DNA of 64,000 bases from Octopus sinensis (lineage: Eukaryota). The stretch covers positions 72,044,001 through 72,108,000 of the forward strand of contig NC_043006.1 in NCBI RefSeq assembly GCF_006345805.1, read 5' to 3'. Positions within the stretch are counted from its first letter, which is position 1, and the number at the start of each line of letters is the position of its first letter. Positions 34,001-43,834 of this stretch are shown in pieces. The position numbers were made by a program, and so were the translations under genes. Below the pieces are notes generated by a model. That model did no database searches. It was given only the letters and a program-made list of their open reading frames with translations, and was not told the DNA's origin.

Positions 34001-35624
34001 ATTATTTACACTCTCGTAGATTTAATACTAGACATATTTAAATGCCAAATGATACAGGTTTCTTTATTACCTGTCTACCTGCCTTGCCTTTACTGTAATA
34101 TGTAAATTATGAAATAATTTCTTTATTAACAAGAAATAAAAGATATTTTAAATGTATAAATATTTTGGAACTTGTCCTTTTAAATCTTACATAAGGAATA
34201 TTGCATGTAAAAATTGTATTTACCAAATATCTGTTTTAACAAACAATTGAACACCTTATAGACATCCTATATAGAACTCTTCTAAATTTAAGACATTGAT
34301 TATAATATCGATAATTTCTTTTTATAGTTTTGTTTGTTAAAAATATAAATAAATAAGTATAACTAATGAAGTAATCTTAAACACAATATTTTATTTAATT
34401 AAATAGCCTTCTGAATACAACTTATATACATTTAACTATGCTAAACATAAAAAAGGGCGTTTAAACATGTAGCCCCATAAAAGTAACAAATCATAACAAA
34501 CAATCGTATAAAAGTTCCCAGAAAAGAAGTTATGGTTTATGTGTGGTATAATCAGTTAAATTGGACAGCATCAGTTTTTGCTAATGTAACAAATATTCAT
34601 GTAAGGACAGTTGCTTGTTGTTTCTCTTCGATATTTTCTTAATCTCTGTCCTTATCTTTTTTTTGTCTTCTTGCTCTCTCGCTCTTTCTTTCTCTTTAGC
34701 CTCTTCTTTTTCTCCACTTTTCTTTCTTTTAATTTTCTCCTCACACTCTCCTCCATCTCTTTCTCATTTCTCACTCATTCAATCTCTCTCTCTCTCTCAC
34801 CTCTTTTCCCTCCTTGTTTATAATTTTCTGTTCACATTCCAAATTAACCGACCTTATATTCTCTTCATAATCATTGTCATACATCTGCTTTCCATGCTGC
34901 ATGGATCAGACAGTTTGACAGAAGCTGACTAGTCAGAGGACTTTACTGAGCTCTTCTGTCTGCTTTGGCATGGTTTCTGCAGCTGGATGCCCTTCCTAGC
35001 ACCTATAGTACAACTAAATATAAGCTATGACTTTATCTCTGATTCACTGTGTGTGTGTGAGAGAGACTGAGTAGCTAACTATCTCTCTCTCTCGCTCACT
35101 GCTGAAAGTCTCTATTCTCTCAGTGAGACTTTATAAATATTTTGGCTCCTGTGCCAGTGGCATGTAAAAAGCACCATTCAAGCATGGCCGATGCCAGTAC
35201 CACCTGACTGGCCCTTGTGCCGGTGGCATGTAAAAAGCCCCCACTACACTCTGGAGTGTTTGGCATTAGGAAGGGCATCCAGCTGTAGAAACAATCCAGA
35301 TTGGATTGGAGCCTGGTGCAGCCTTCTGGCTTGCTAGACCTCAGTCAAACCATCCAACCCATGCCAGCATGGAAAGCAGACGTTAAGCGACGATAACAGT
35401 GATAATGATGATATATCTGCCGTGTATGTACACTGTTTAATATATTTTATAAGGAATTCCCAAAACCATTTCTATTCCCTTACTCTCTATTTGTTCTCTG
35501 TTCTTTTTTTCCAGATCTGGCCACATTTGAAGGTGCTGAAAGTAAAGTGAGTACATTGGTAGCTGCTGCCAATAGCCATGACAACTTGTGTCGTATGGAC
35601 CCAGCCTGGCACCCCTGGTTGTGA
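1..35624 (+). CDS. TRRAP: TRRAP (transformation/transcription domain-associated protein), 3' part; 28 exons in window, 5' part upstream of window
   Basis: Manually spliced exons at GT-AG boundaries with consistent phases give a continuous ORF matching recalled human TRRAP motifs (MWxGLWQKRCKY, WEDHWIRC, HTIPTVPIVDCFQKIRQQ, YLHACRHQNES, KHNTAARRLYIRGHNGK, RPVPFRLTPNI, LCRMDPAWHPWL*). Confidence 0.97.
258..429. repeat. Imperfect fold-back inverted repeat (~72-bp arms, 11-nt loop)
   Basis: ...AGACCCTAATGGTTGGTGGCCTATAACCTC-loop-GAGGTTATAGGCTACCAGCCATTAGGGTCT... Confidence 0.85.
719..862 (+). CDS. TRRAP: TRRAP exon: VLAGELAPFSASGSHVVQKDCQPS...PPIPIRPVVLR
   Basis: CCAG| acceptor, |GTAAGT donor, 144 nt, phase 0-0. 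Confidence 0.93.
2819..2965 (+). CDS. TRRAP: TRRAP exon: YMGRTHNLWHRACLVLEQ...TNPHQ
   Basis: AG acceptor 2817-18, GT donor 2966; 147 nt; not in the ORF track. Confidence 0.92.
3715..4145 (+). mobile_element. tRNA-derived SINE family C (CORE/Meta-like centre) interrupted by a family A copy at ~3905-4090
   Basis: Head GGCGCATGGTTTAGTGGTTAGG...GGTTTCGATTCC, centre TTGAACAAAACAC...GTTGCTCCAGTCC; tail resumes after the insert. Related copies at 38285-38575 (+), 40700-40930 (-), 53385-53460 (head), 60490-60730 (-). Confidence 0.7.
4354..4512 (+). CDS. TRRAP: TRRAP exon: ETLDALCDLYSLLHEDDMWTGLWQKRCKY...QAQLVYES (FAT start)
   Basis: TTTCAG| and |GTAAGT; 159 nt. Confidence 0.95.
4773..4868. repeat. 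30-bp inverted repeat with pyrimidine-rich spacer, TA-flanked
   Basis: TACAAATAAATTGATTAGAAGTTGAAAGCT and AGCTTTCAACTTTTAATCAATTTATTTGTA. Confidence 0.85.
5222..5303. repeat. (TA)n microsatellite (others at ~35805-35845, 36100-36165, 42250-42318, 43776-43831, 62745-62820)
   Basis: Direct inspection. Confidence 0.95.
5524..5751 (+). CDS. TRRAP: TRRAP exon: VMSKARAEH...WEDHWIRCAKELNQW...KDALAQ
   Basis: 228 nt, canonical sites. Confidence 0.95.
5925..6029 (+). CDS. TRRAP: TRRAP exon: VEINCPKELAWKMNLYKGYITICHPDEHTGNFMNT
   Basis: 105 nt, canonical sites. Confidence 0.94.
7008..7103 (+). CDS. TRRAP: TRRAP exon: IEKMVEVASNLAIKEWRRLPRIVSNVHVPLLQ
   Basis: 96 nt, canonical sites. Confidence 0.95.
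8339..8766. mobile_element. Tc1/mariner-type MITE (TA-flanked) containing a nested TTAA MITE
   Basis: TIRs TA|CAGGTTGCGACAGAAATAACGCCCTTTT and AAAAGGGTGTTAGTTCTGTCACACCCTG|TA. Confidence 0.8.
8432..8659. mobile_element. piggyBac-like TTAA MITE; second copy in reverse orientation at 30498-30726; fragment at ~25320-25480
   Basis: TTAA|CCCTTTCGTTAC ... GTAACGAAAGGG|TTAA. Confidence 0.85.
8989..9107 (+). CDS. TRRAP: TRRAP exon: AAQQIMELQEAAQINQGLQP...LKAIVKTW(R)
   Basis: 119 nt, phase 0-2. Confidence 0.95.
9483..9597 (+). CDS. TRRAP: TRRAP exon: (R)NRLPMISDNMSHWSDIFTWRQHHYQ...TQQE
   Basis: 115 nt, phase 2-0. Confidence 0.94.
9813..10185 (+). mobile_element. tRNA-derived SINE family B (also + 45905-46310; - at ~8775-8925, 10850-11030, 16080-16460, 18415-18780, 26970-27090, 27720-27880, 28330-28680, 63760-63950)
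   Basis: A/B-box-like head GTGGCTGTGTGGTAAG...GGTTCAGTCCC, core CACCTTGGGCAAGTG, tail AAATGACTGAAACAAGTAAAAGAATAAAAG. Confidence 0.8.
11437..11552 (+). CDS. TRRAP: TRRAP exon: QHSNHSMLGVHHSALAIIHFGKIARKHNL...LN(R)
   Basis: 116 nt, phase 0-2. Confidence 0.93.
12647..12758 (+). CDS. TRRAP: TRRAP exon: (R)IHTIPTVPIVDCFQKIRQQIKCYLQMASTMSRSELQE
   Basis: 112 nt, phase 2-0, donor GTATGT. Confidence 0.94.
14033..14256 (+). CDS. TRRAP: TRRAP exon: [LCLQ]GLDIIEITNLKYFTKEMTAE...AWAQWGDYLDAVFTRD(K); 5' boundary uncertain (14033 canonical vs 14045 by orthology)
   Basis: The nearest in-frame AG is at 14031-32; donor GTAAGT at 14257. Confidence 0.88.
15760..15948 (+). CDS. TRRAP: TRRAP exon: (K)QIQQGVWAITCYLHACRHQNESRSRKYLAKVLWLL...QWLP(W)
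   Basis: 189 nt, phase 2-2. Confidence 0.95.
16650..16930 (+). repeat. Degenerate ~30-bp minisatellite
   Basis: Recurrent CAGACTATCACATGACCACCATGTAC-like units. Confidence 0.6.
16953..17101 (+). CDS. TRRAP: TRRAP exon: (W)IPQLLTCLVRSEG...PQAVYFPIRTLYLTLKIEQRER(Y)
   Basis: 149 nt, phase 2-1. Confidence 0.95.
17980..18165 (+). CDS. TRRAP: TRRAP low-complexity insertion exon: (Y)KTNEAANATTASRSSSSSP...TSPNTPRTPATPDS
   Basis: Strong polypyrimidine tract plus CAG, donor CAG|GTGAGA, 186 nt phase 1-1, stop-free, restores the YK seen in orthologs. Confidence 0.8.
19493..19740 (+). CDS. TRRAP: TRRAP exon: (D)FISSGQQQ...Q/A-rich...GPIRATASMWRCSKIMHMQREIHPTILSSLEGIVDQ
   Basis: 248 nt, phase 1-0. Confidence 0.93.
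20854..20953 (+). CDS. TRRAP: TRRAP exon: MVWFRENWYEEVLRQLHQGLAKCNAVAFENRGA
   Basis: 100 nt, phase 0-1. Confidence 0.95.
21192..21399 (+). CDS. TRRAP: TRRAP exon: (V)AETTITPHTLNFVKKLVSTFGVGIEN...FSTDFDF(S)
   Basis: 208 nt, phase 1-2. Confidence 0.95.
21445..22230 (+). repeat. Degenerate GAGTGTGACTATCTGTCT-like tandem array grading into (TG)n
   Basis: Visible short-period repeats. Confidence 0.55.
22402..22491 (+). CDS. TRRAP: TRRAP exon: (S)VPGSTKLHNLINKMKKWIKILEAKTRTLP(K)
   Basis: 90 nt, phase 2-2. Confidence 0.94.
22505..22790 (+). repeat. Long polypyrimidine low-complexity tract (another at ~34610-34830)
   Basis: Nearly G-free, C/T-dominated sequence. Confidence 0.85.
22855..23340 (-). 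mobile_element. RTE LINE 3' fragment / tail copy
   Basis: (CAT)n head on + strand, GGATGTCCTTCCTAACATCAACCAC core, degraded RT C-terminus at 23150-23340. Confidence 0.65.
23408..23501 (+). CDS. TRRAP: TRRAP exon: (K)SFLIEEKCRFLSNFSINNVEVELPGEFLLPK
   Basis: 94 nt, phase 2-0. Confidence 0.95.
24035..24142 (+). CDS. TRRAP: TRRAP exon (pseudokinase N-lobe): SGHYYVRIARFMPRVEIVKKHNTAARRLYIRGHNGK
   Basis: 108 nt, canonical sites. Confidence 0.96.
24215..24440 (+). repeat. (CAT)n/(CAC)n low-complexity tract
   Basis: Direct inspection. Confidence 0.8.
25037..25144 (+). CDS. TRRAP: TRRAP exon: IYPYLVINDGCLTESCREERVLQLLRMLNLFLTKQK
   Basis: 108 nt, canonical sites. Confidence 0.95.
26315..26431 (+). 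CDS. TRRAP: TRRAP exon: ETSRRLLYFTVPRVVSFSPQMRLVEDNPASISLQDIFKQ
   Basis: 117 nt, canonical sites. Confidence 0.95.
27269..27412. repeat. 144-bp spacer-less palindrome
   Basis: Arms are reverse complements apart from 1 mismatch and one extra GT unit; centre (AC)6(GT)7. Confidence 0.95.
28104..28319 (+). CDS. TRRAP: TRRAP exon: RCLKRGIEHDAPIARYYERLATVQARGSQASHQVLRD...DYWTFRKT
   Basis: 216 nt, canonical sites. Confidence 0.96.
29885..30366 (+). mobile_element. Young copy of RTE-tail/SINE family A
   Basis: CpG-rich, GGAGTGGTTGGCGTTAGGAAGGGCATCCAGC core, long (GAT)n tail. Confidence 0.85.
30853..30994 (+). CDS. TRRAP: TRRAP exon: ITIQLALMAFAEFILHLTRMNPDMMYLHQDCGFLNIAYFKFDLDDQS(G); degenerate catalytic loop
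   Basis: 142 nt; lacks PIKK DRH..N/DFG catalytic motifs, as expected for the TRRAP pseudokinase. Confidence 0.95.
31912..32108 (+). CDS. TRRAP: TRRAP exon: (G)ELDANRPVPFRLTPNIAEFL...ILRDEYITWHKK
   Basis: 197 nt, phase 1-0. Confidence 0.96.
33140..33245 (+). CDS. TRRAP: TRRAP exon: KQEETNPCTQPPAMEGELLISLVNKAVSAITTRLN
   Basis: 106 nt, phase 0-1. Confidence 0.92.
35515..35624 (+). CDS. TRRAP: TRRAP terminal coding exon (FATC): (N)LATFEGAESKVSTLVAAANSHDNLCRMDPAWHPWL*
   Basis: Canonical FATC end; TGA at 35622-35624. Confidence 0.97.
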
Positions 35625-35859
35625 GCAATCCCAATTCAAAACCATTATATTATCAAAGTTTTTCCCCCTCGCTTATATTATCAACTCTCTCATCCACCAC
35701 CATCACCACTGCCATTGTTACCACCACTGACCACATCATTGCCATCTTCCGTAATTTCTTTTAACTATTCATTAAAGAATATTCTGTGTTTGTGCGTGTG
35801 TGTGTGTGTATATATATATATATTATATATATATATATATATATATGCATGCATATGCA

Positions 35860-36082
35860 TGTACACACATTAAACATTCATCACTGCTTTTGCCATCGTG
35901 AGAAAGACTACTCTGAATATAAGGTGTCATATATAATAATATGTGTGTGTATACTCACACACACACAGATACACATTCACAGATATATTCATATATACAT
36001 ATATATATGTACATAGATAAGTATCTAGATATATGTGAGTGCATGTATGTATATGTGTATTTATATGTGTGTGTGTGTGTGT

Positions 36083-36114
<32 letters not shown>

Positions 36115-36119
36115 GTATG

Positions 36120-36169
<50 letters not shown>

Positions 36170-36470
36170 CACACCTACATAAATGCACACATTAAACATT
36201 CACCACTGCTTTTGCCATCGTGAGAAAGACTACCCTGAATATAATGTGTCATATATACATATATGTATATATATATATATATATACATAAAATGATAATA
36301 ATGTGTGTGTGTATGCACACAGATATATTCATATATACATATATATGTACATAGACAAGTATCTATATATAGATATGTGAGTGTATGTATGCATATATGT
36401 ATGAGTGTATTTATATTTGTGTGTCTATATATTTCTCTGTGTGTATGTGTATGTATATATATATATAAAT
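35860..36470 (+). repeat. ~320-bp tandem duplication with embedded (TA)n/(CA)n
   Basis: CACATTAAACATTCAYCACTGCTTTTGCCATCGTGAGAAAGACTAC at ~35866 and ~36188. Confidence 0.9.
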
Positions 36471-38699
36471 ATTTGAAACTTTTCTAAGATATGTACTAAT
36501 GCCAAACATTTGGTAATGCACCAAAAGTTGGAATGTCAATGAATAAGGAGAGGGTAAGGATGGGTGGAGGAACTATTTGCCATGGGAAGAGGCTGCGGGA
36601 TGGAAGGGTATGTAAGAAATTTATGGTTGAAGTATCAACAGTAGAGGTTGTGTTTGAGAGTGAACAAATAAAGTTAGATGGTCCATCATCTAATATTTGA
36701 GTAGATACTGTTCATTCCAGAAGATAGTTTGACACTTTTTAATTTATTCCATTAGTATTTTTTTTTTCGTAAATATTTGCTTGAATTCTCATTCGTGAAT
36801 ACATGTGTGCAAGAAGGTGGCTTTTAATCTCACTTCTTTATGCTCTTCTCATGGCTCCAACAACAGTGTCTTTGACATTATCATCATCATCATCATCATC
36901 ATATCTCACATTGTTCTCAGATTCCTCAAATTGATTTTCAGGTTTGTTTTTTTTTTCTGAACACAATCCAGTCCCTTTTCTTATTCTATTTTACAATCTG
37001 ACAGTATTCTAGATTATAGTAATATATGAAAGCAGTCATGAGCATCTCTATTTTTGCACAAATACTTTGTTTATGTGTGTGTGTGTGTGTGTGTGTATAT
37101 AGAAAGTGCGACACTGATTATACACAAGCATTATGTGCAGTAAGTACACACGTGTGTGTGTTTATACAGACATATACAATGAATTTTGCAACTTGCAGAT
37201 ATCTGTCTCTTATCTTCTAAATGTGATAAAATGAAAAGAAAACAATGGAGTTTAAGTGAGCTTGGATGTTCAAATGTGTGGAATAAATGAAAATTATGTG
37301 CGCATGTACATGTACATACACTTCACACACACACGTGTATATTCAGGACATGGTATGTTGCAGGTAGTTTGACTGATGGAAACAACCAAACATTATTTTC
37401 ATTTTGTGCCCACTAAGACCATTGCTGATACTAATTGACTGGTCAGCAGATGGACTTTGGTCCAAAATTTTAACTTATTTCTGATATTTATAATACTTTT
37501 GGAGTATTATTATTATTATTTTCTACTTATTTATTTCACTATCCCTCTGTGACATGGTCAGTTGGATCATCTTCTGCATATCGTGTACTGGAAAAATGAT
37601 AATTTTTTTCTACTAAGCTGAGTCTGCACTGTAGGTTCAATTCCTGTTTTCCAGTGATTTTTAGCCACAATCAATAACTGGGAGAAAGATTGAAGTGTTT
37701 CTTCAGGTTGACTCTATTAGATGTCTTTTTTTTTTTTTTTTGTCACTCACAACATTTGTGACATTGAGTGAAACCGTCAATTGTGACCCAATAATACACA
37801 TATCAAAGTGCTCTTTTATCTTAAGGTCTGAGCAAATTGTGTGTGAGTGTGAATCTAGTGAAGTTTTGACCACATGATGTCTGCTGTATTTTTAGGAGAG
37901 TGAGGGATGAAAGGATGAGTAAATGAACGAGAAAGAGAAACTATGTGTGAGATTGACAAATGAGTTGTGAAGGACTATTTTAAACATCTTGAAATAAATG
38001 TATTTCCTGCTGTAAGCTCTCTTTATTTAAACACTGTTGCTGAGAAAGAAATCCAATGAACCATGTCTCTGACGGTTTTTGCTGTTGTTCTTCAATTGAT
38101 TAAAATCTTTTCATGCTCACACACACAAGTTCCTCTGCAACTAAACCACTGACTGCTTTTCCCTTGAAAAGATGTGACTGTTGAAATTCTGAATTACAGC
38201 AATGTCTCTGACATGAGTTAGATCGTGTGTATGTATGTTTGTATTTATATCTGAATTATTATGCATTATATGTATACATATGTGAAGGCACGTGACTTAG
38301 TGGTTAGGGCATAAGGTCATAAGTTCAATTCCCTGCGACGTGTTGTGTCCTTGAGCAAGACACTTTATTTCACATTGCTCCAGTCCACTCAGCTGGCAAA
38401 AATGAGTTTTACCTGTATATTAAAAGGGCCAGCCTTGTCACATTTTGTTCTCAGTGAACCACATTAAGGGTACGTATGTCTGTGGAGTGCTCAGCCACTT
38501 GCATGCTAATTTTACGAGCAAGCTGATCCATTGATCAGATCAACTAGAACCCTCACCATCATAACCGACAGAGTGCCGCTACTCATGTGTATGCAAATAT
38601 TTATTTGATTTAGACAGTGCTGAACCTTCTACAGTAGGCAGTTTACAATTTTAGAAAATTTCCTTTCCAGAATTAAATTTTTTTCTGAATTTTGTTAAA

Positions 38700-39672
38700 T
38701 TTCTTCCAGTTAATCCTCAGCTTCTACCATCTACTTTCCATCATTTTTTTCTTTAAACAACCTTCATAATCCACTATGGAAACTGTCTTCTAATTCAACA
38801 AAATATCTTCAACATCAAGTCCTTCCTTACTAAATACTTCTGCATATTTCTCTTTCTCTATATTTTCTTTCTTTCCCAGCTACATCCTCAATCAGTCTTA
38901 TTTTTGAAACCCTGTTAACCATCTTCTCAAAATCTGTGCTTAGATCTCTAATCTTGAATTTCCTTCTACAATTAATCTCTGTATCCTGTGATCTACCGTT
39001 TGGTTTAGCTACAGTGGAATTGTCACTGGAAATAATACTTGCTGAGAGAAGCATGGTTGCAGTCTTGAATGTGTGTGCTTGTGTGTATATACAAGTATGT
39101 GCATGCAACAGTATAGTTCACATATACAAGACTTGTTGCAGAGATAAGGATGGTTATAATAATGTATGTTATTATTGTTGTTGTTAGTGTTGTGTAGTGC
39201 CAAGTCAAAACTCTGACTGAGTAGAGCTATGTTCAAGGTTCATCTTATGGTTAGGATGATGATGTTGATGATGATGGTTATAGATTATCATGATGACAAT
39301 GGGAGTATGTAGTTGTCTGGACTGTAATACACCAGTTCCCTTTTGTTACCTTTGAAGTGATTGCTCCCTGATATTCATGGCAGATAGCCAGGTTGGTAAT
39401 GGCAATTCATTGAAATATAACCAAAGAATAGATGGTGCTTTGGAAAAGACTGTATACAATCTGGTAGAAGTGGTTATTGTTGAATGGAGGTAGTGAATAT
39501 TCTTTTCTTGTTCCTATTTCTCAAATGGAGGACTGGAGGAAGCTGGTTGAGATGTCAGTTGTGTGCAATGGTGTGGGACACAGGATGGTGCTGGTTGAGA
39601 TACAATCTCATCGAAGTGATGGTAAGACGAAGTCCCTTCAGCTGGTTCTGGGCACAACAGGTATACTGGCCT

Positions 39673-39707
<35 letters not shown>

Positions 39708-39900
39708 TTCCTCAATCTGAAATGATGGCAAGTTGAATGTTCTTGGTCTAAAGCCAACTACACCAATTACAATGATGGCATGGTGAAAATTGTTAACATG
39801 ATGGCTAAATGAAACCATCTGAGAGAGTTCTAGGTTGAAAGTGTTGTGAAATAAGTAAAGATGCTAATTTTATGATGAGGGTATCATCAGGGTAATTCCT
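38700..39900 (-). mobile_element. Possible highly decayed LINE RT remnant
   Basis: Minus strand ~39670-39430 weakly resembles PSNYRPISLTSxLC...GFRKxxST; many stops. Confidence 0.25.
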
Positions 39901-41099
39901 CTATTGATAAAATGAATTAGGGAAGTTGTTAATATCACATATCACACTTACATAATTTGTAATTAATTTAAATTTCAAAGTTATCTCCCTGACCTTTCTT
40001 GATCAGAATTATTTCAATGGTTGTTTTTCTTCCCTGTTCTCCCCACATTATGTTAACATCCACTTATTTACTTGATTTTTTTTTATGCATATAGTGTCCC
40101 TGGGTAGTTCTCCCCTTTCCAGTCAATATTTTGAGATCAGTACTGCTTGACTGATTGATTTTAGAAAACTGTTGAGGTGGTTGTGATTTAACTTCTCAGG
40201 TGACATGACCTATAACTGTTGCTTTGTAAAAAATGTTCTCCATGTGCACCCTGTCTGGTTGATGGCTGCAGTGTTTGCAGGGTATTAGTGCTGCAGCCTG
40301 ATGGTTTGTTGTCCTCACCTCTTACAGGGAAACAAGCTATGCATTAACTGAATACAGTATGGTGGAAGTGGGGGTAATAGCCAATGCAGGGGTTTGCCCT
40401 CACACTCATCCCTGTCTCCCTTTGTGGTGCAAGCTTGTTGGTCTTGATGTGCAGTGGACAGCCTTGTAAAAGAAGCTGCACAATATTAGTGCCCTGGAGA
40501 ACATTCACTCCCTCTAGATAAACAATACTTGTCTTAGTGAACTGAAGTGGCAGGGATGAGGTATATACTGATGCAGGGAGATACCTCCCCCTTATGCTCT
40601 TCTTCCTTTACAATGTACATTTGTAAAGCATGTTCTTTGACGAATATGCAGAGTGCAACGAATAGATGCATATGCTAAAGGCAAGAAAAACAAAGTATGT
40701 GCTGTGGTCTTTGTCAGAAAACAAATGCGTACATCTTGGCTCTTTGTCGGTTATGACAATGAGTGTTCCGGTTGATATGACCTCTGAAATACAAGTTCAA
40801 CTCATTTTTTCCAGCTGAGTGGATTTGAGCAGCAAGAAATAGTGTTTTGCTCAGGGACACAATGCACCACTGGATATCAAACTCACAGCCTTACAATCAT
40901 GAGCCGAATACCCTGGCTACTAAGCCATATGCCTTCTTGTGTGCGCATATGTGTGTGTGTGTGTGTGTGTGTTTGTGCTAGTTCTACCATAGAAATTTAA
41001 CTTTTCTGCTGTTGCTGTTATTAAATGGTTCCAATCACCTATATTGAAACAGACTTATGTTATTGAAATGTGGGAGTAATCTGTTGATGTAGTATTTTA

Positions 41100-41640
41100 T
41101 ATGTCTCACCTCAGCCTGGTGTTAAGCCATGTTGCATACAGTCAAATTTGCAATACTGTATTGAAGATGCAGTCTGAAAGTTTGAACATCTGTTAGGGTT
41201 TGCAAAACGACTGTCTCAGAATGTGTTAACAATTGCAGTATCTCAATCTAAGCATTTGTTCAGGGCTGCGCTGTCTTTGTCTGTGTATGTGTTAGCAGCT
41301 GCAAGTAATTTTATAACTGTGTTGCATTTGGGACCTGTACGGTTGTGATCTGAACATACTGTGTTGAGGGCTGTAATGTGGTATTCTGAACATATTGTGT
41401 TAGTGTGTTTTAAACTGCAATATCATAGTTTAAACATATAGTGCTGTGGACTGCAGTGAAGCAGTTTTAACATCTTGTTTTAGAGACAGCAGTGTAGCAT
41501 TCTGAACATGTTAGAGAGTATTGAGTCAAAGTCTGGACATCTTGTGTTAGTGGGTGCTATGTCACAGTCAGAAAAACTTGTGTTAGGGGCTGCTATGTCA
41601 GTCTGAACAACTTGTTAGGGACTGCAGTGTGATAGTGTGA
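41100..41640 (+). repeat. Degenerate ~35-bp minisatellite
   Basis: Recurrent TCTGAACATxTTGTGTTAGGGGCTGCAGTGTG-like units. Confidence 0.65.
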
Positions 41641-42244
41641 ATATAAAGTGTGTGGGTGTTTTCTTTTCTTCCAGTGGTCTTATTGGTGACTTGAACTGTG
41701 GCTTGATTTCAATAAGACAACTACAAAGAATCAAATTAGGGCTTGATTTGGACTGGTCAAACAATTTATGTTGTTGATAATGTTTTAGAACTGTCAAACA
41801 AAACTACTGGTTTTTGATGATACAAGGGAATAAATAGAACTAGATCCAAACTAGTTTGAACTGGATCAAACTGGTTAAGTTTTGGTTGCCCTAGAGAACA
41901 GAATTGGACTGGATCAAGTTGATTGACAGATTTTGGAAAATGTTGGTTTGGATAAATTTGTCCTTAGACTGGGACTAATCTGGGACACATCTGACATAGA
42001 GAAATGGCTTGACAGAAAGAAAAAAAAACAGTTGGTTTGTCTTTTCTTTTTTTTTATGTCTTTTATTTATTTATTTATATTTATTTATTAATTGTTGCAA
42101 TTGTTTTGATTCCTCATTGGAAACTATATTGGTTTCTCAATCTGTAACTGGTGAACTTGTAAATGTTTGGTTGGGATGAAACCTTGAAGGAACATTTCAG
42201 TCTTGATAATCCTATTTATCTACATGTGAGTGTATGTGTATATA

Positions 42245-42305
<61 letters not shown>

Positions 42306-42769
42306 TATATATATATAATGAGAGAGAGAGGGGTAGTGACACAGAGTACAAATTGATACCTAAAGGTGTTATACTAACATCTCATGCTGGGACTTGTCAG
42401 TTATTTTCAGGTAAATTTACCTTAAAGTGTGGATGATTGTACAACACCTCTAGGTATGAATTTGTAATCTTAAGAAACCTTCATTGCAACTCACACACAC
42501 ACACTACTGTCTAGCTTAGTGACATGAATCAACTTAAAGACCCCTTTTATATGCACATACAAATATTATACTTTTACTAGAAGAGGGTCGACAGTAACTT
42601 CAAAGTTTTGGCCTGTTCACTGTCATCAGACTGCCTGAAACTTTGAAGTCATTTGTCACACCTGCTTTTGTAAATGTATAATAAATACGTACTCAACTAA
42701 AAATTACTGAGTAATTTTTCAGTTCACTGTTAATTTTTTTTTTTTATTATTATTATTAACTTGACATTG

Positions 42770-42985
42770 AGGCAGTGAGCTGGCAGAATCGTTAGCATGC
42801 TGGACGAAATGCTTAGTGGTAGTTTGTCTTTACGTTCTGAGTTCAAATTCCGCTGAGGTTGACTTTGCCTTTCATCTTTTCGGGGTCTATAAATTAAGTA
42901 CCAGTTGCGTACTGGGGTTGATGTAATCAGCTATTTCCCTCCCCACAAATTTCAGGCCTTGTGCCTTCAGTAGAAAGGATTATTA
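42770..42985 (+). mobile_element. SINE family D with Deu/Nin-like central domain (also ~6378-6570, 10438-10655, 51830-52020, 54830-55030)
   Basis: GACTTTGCCTTTCATCYTTTCGGGGTC.ATAAATTAAGTACCAG resembles the recalled DeuSINE/Nin core. Confidence 0.65.
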
Positions 42986-43775
42986 CCTTGACATAAAAAC
43001 AAACTTTAACACACAATCACACACGTCTGTGTATGTTAAGCACAATAAGGTGATAAATGTTGTTTTACCAAGGAAATATGTGGAGAAATTTTAGTGGGAC
43101 AATATTTTTCAATCAGTTGATTGAGGTTGTTCACGTCTTACATTCCCAGATATCTTTCTTTCTCTCATATCATTCATTACTACACCACTCTCTCTTTCTC
43201 CAGTACAACATATGCAGTAGAAGCTAATTGGCTGTTTAGCTCAAGGTCAATTCTGATCAGAGGGACTTTTGTTCAAAATCAAATCAAAAGCATTGCAGCC
43301 ATGATTATTGTAACCCTTGTGTGTGTGTGTGTGCGTGTAATTTGGAGGAGATTTGGCTGCTATTTTCAGCTAACCTAACAATTTTGTAAAGCCTTCATTG
43401 TGCTAAAAGTATAGTTTTCATGTATGTAATACTAGGGGTCTTAGTTTATACCCTTGATTTCTCACAATTCGCCTGACCTGAGATGTCTCACTTTCAATGT
43501 AATCTGTGTCAGGTGAGTTGTATGTGAAATGTAGGTATGGATTACAGCTATCATCAGTATTACATTTGAAGGTGTAAATGTGTGTGTATGTAAGTTAAAC
43601 TGGTTTACATATCCAGATCTAAAGGTTTTGTGCAATTATGGTCAGTGCTATCGATTTGCAGACTAATAGAACTAGTATTGGTTATTATTCAGTGTGTGTG
43701 AGTGGGAGGGTTCATTGAAATTGAATGTACTCTGCCTCTTGTACATATTTGTGTACAAATATGATTTTTTTTCAG

Positions 43776-43834
<59 letters not shown>

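Noticed and set aside
40180-40580. Possible LINE endonuclease remnant (INNTCLSELKWQG)
   Set aside because: Similarity too short and too interrupted to support without a profile search.
41100-41640. CRISPR-like periodicity (also the 42-bp and ~60-bp arrays in family A)
   Set aside because: Units are contiguous and degenerate with no unique spacers; no cas genes; eukaryotic context.
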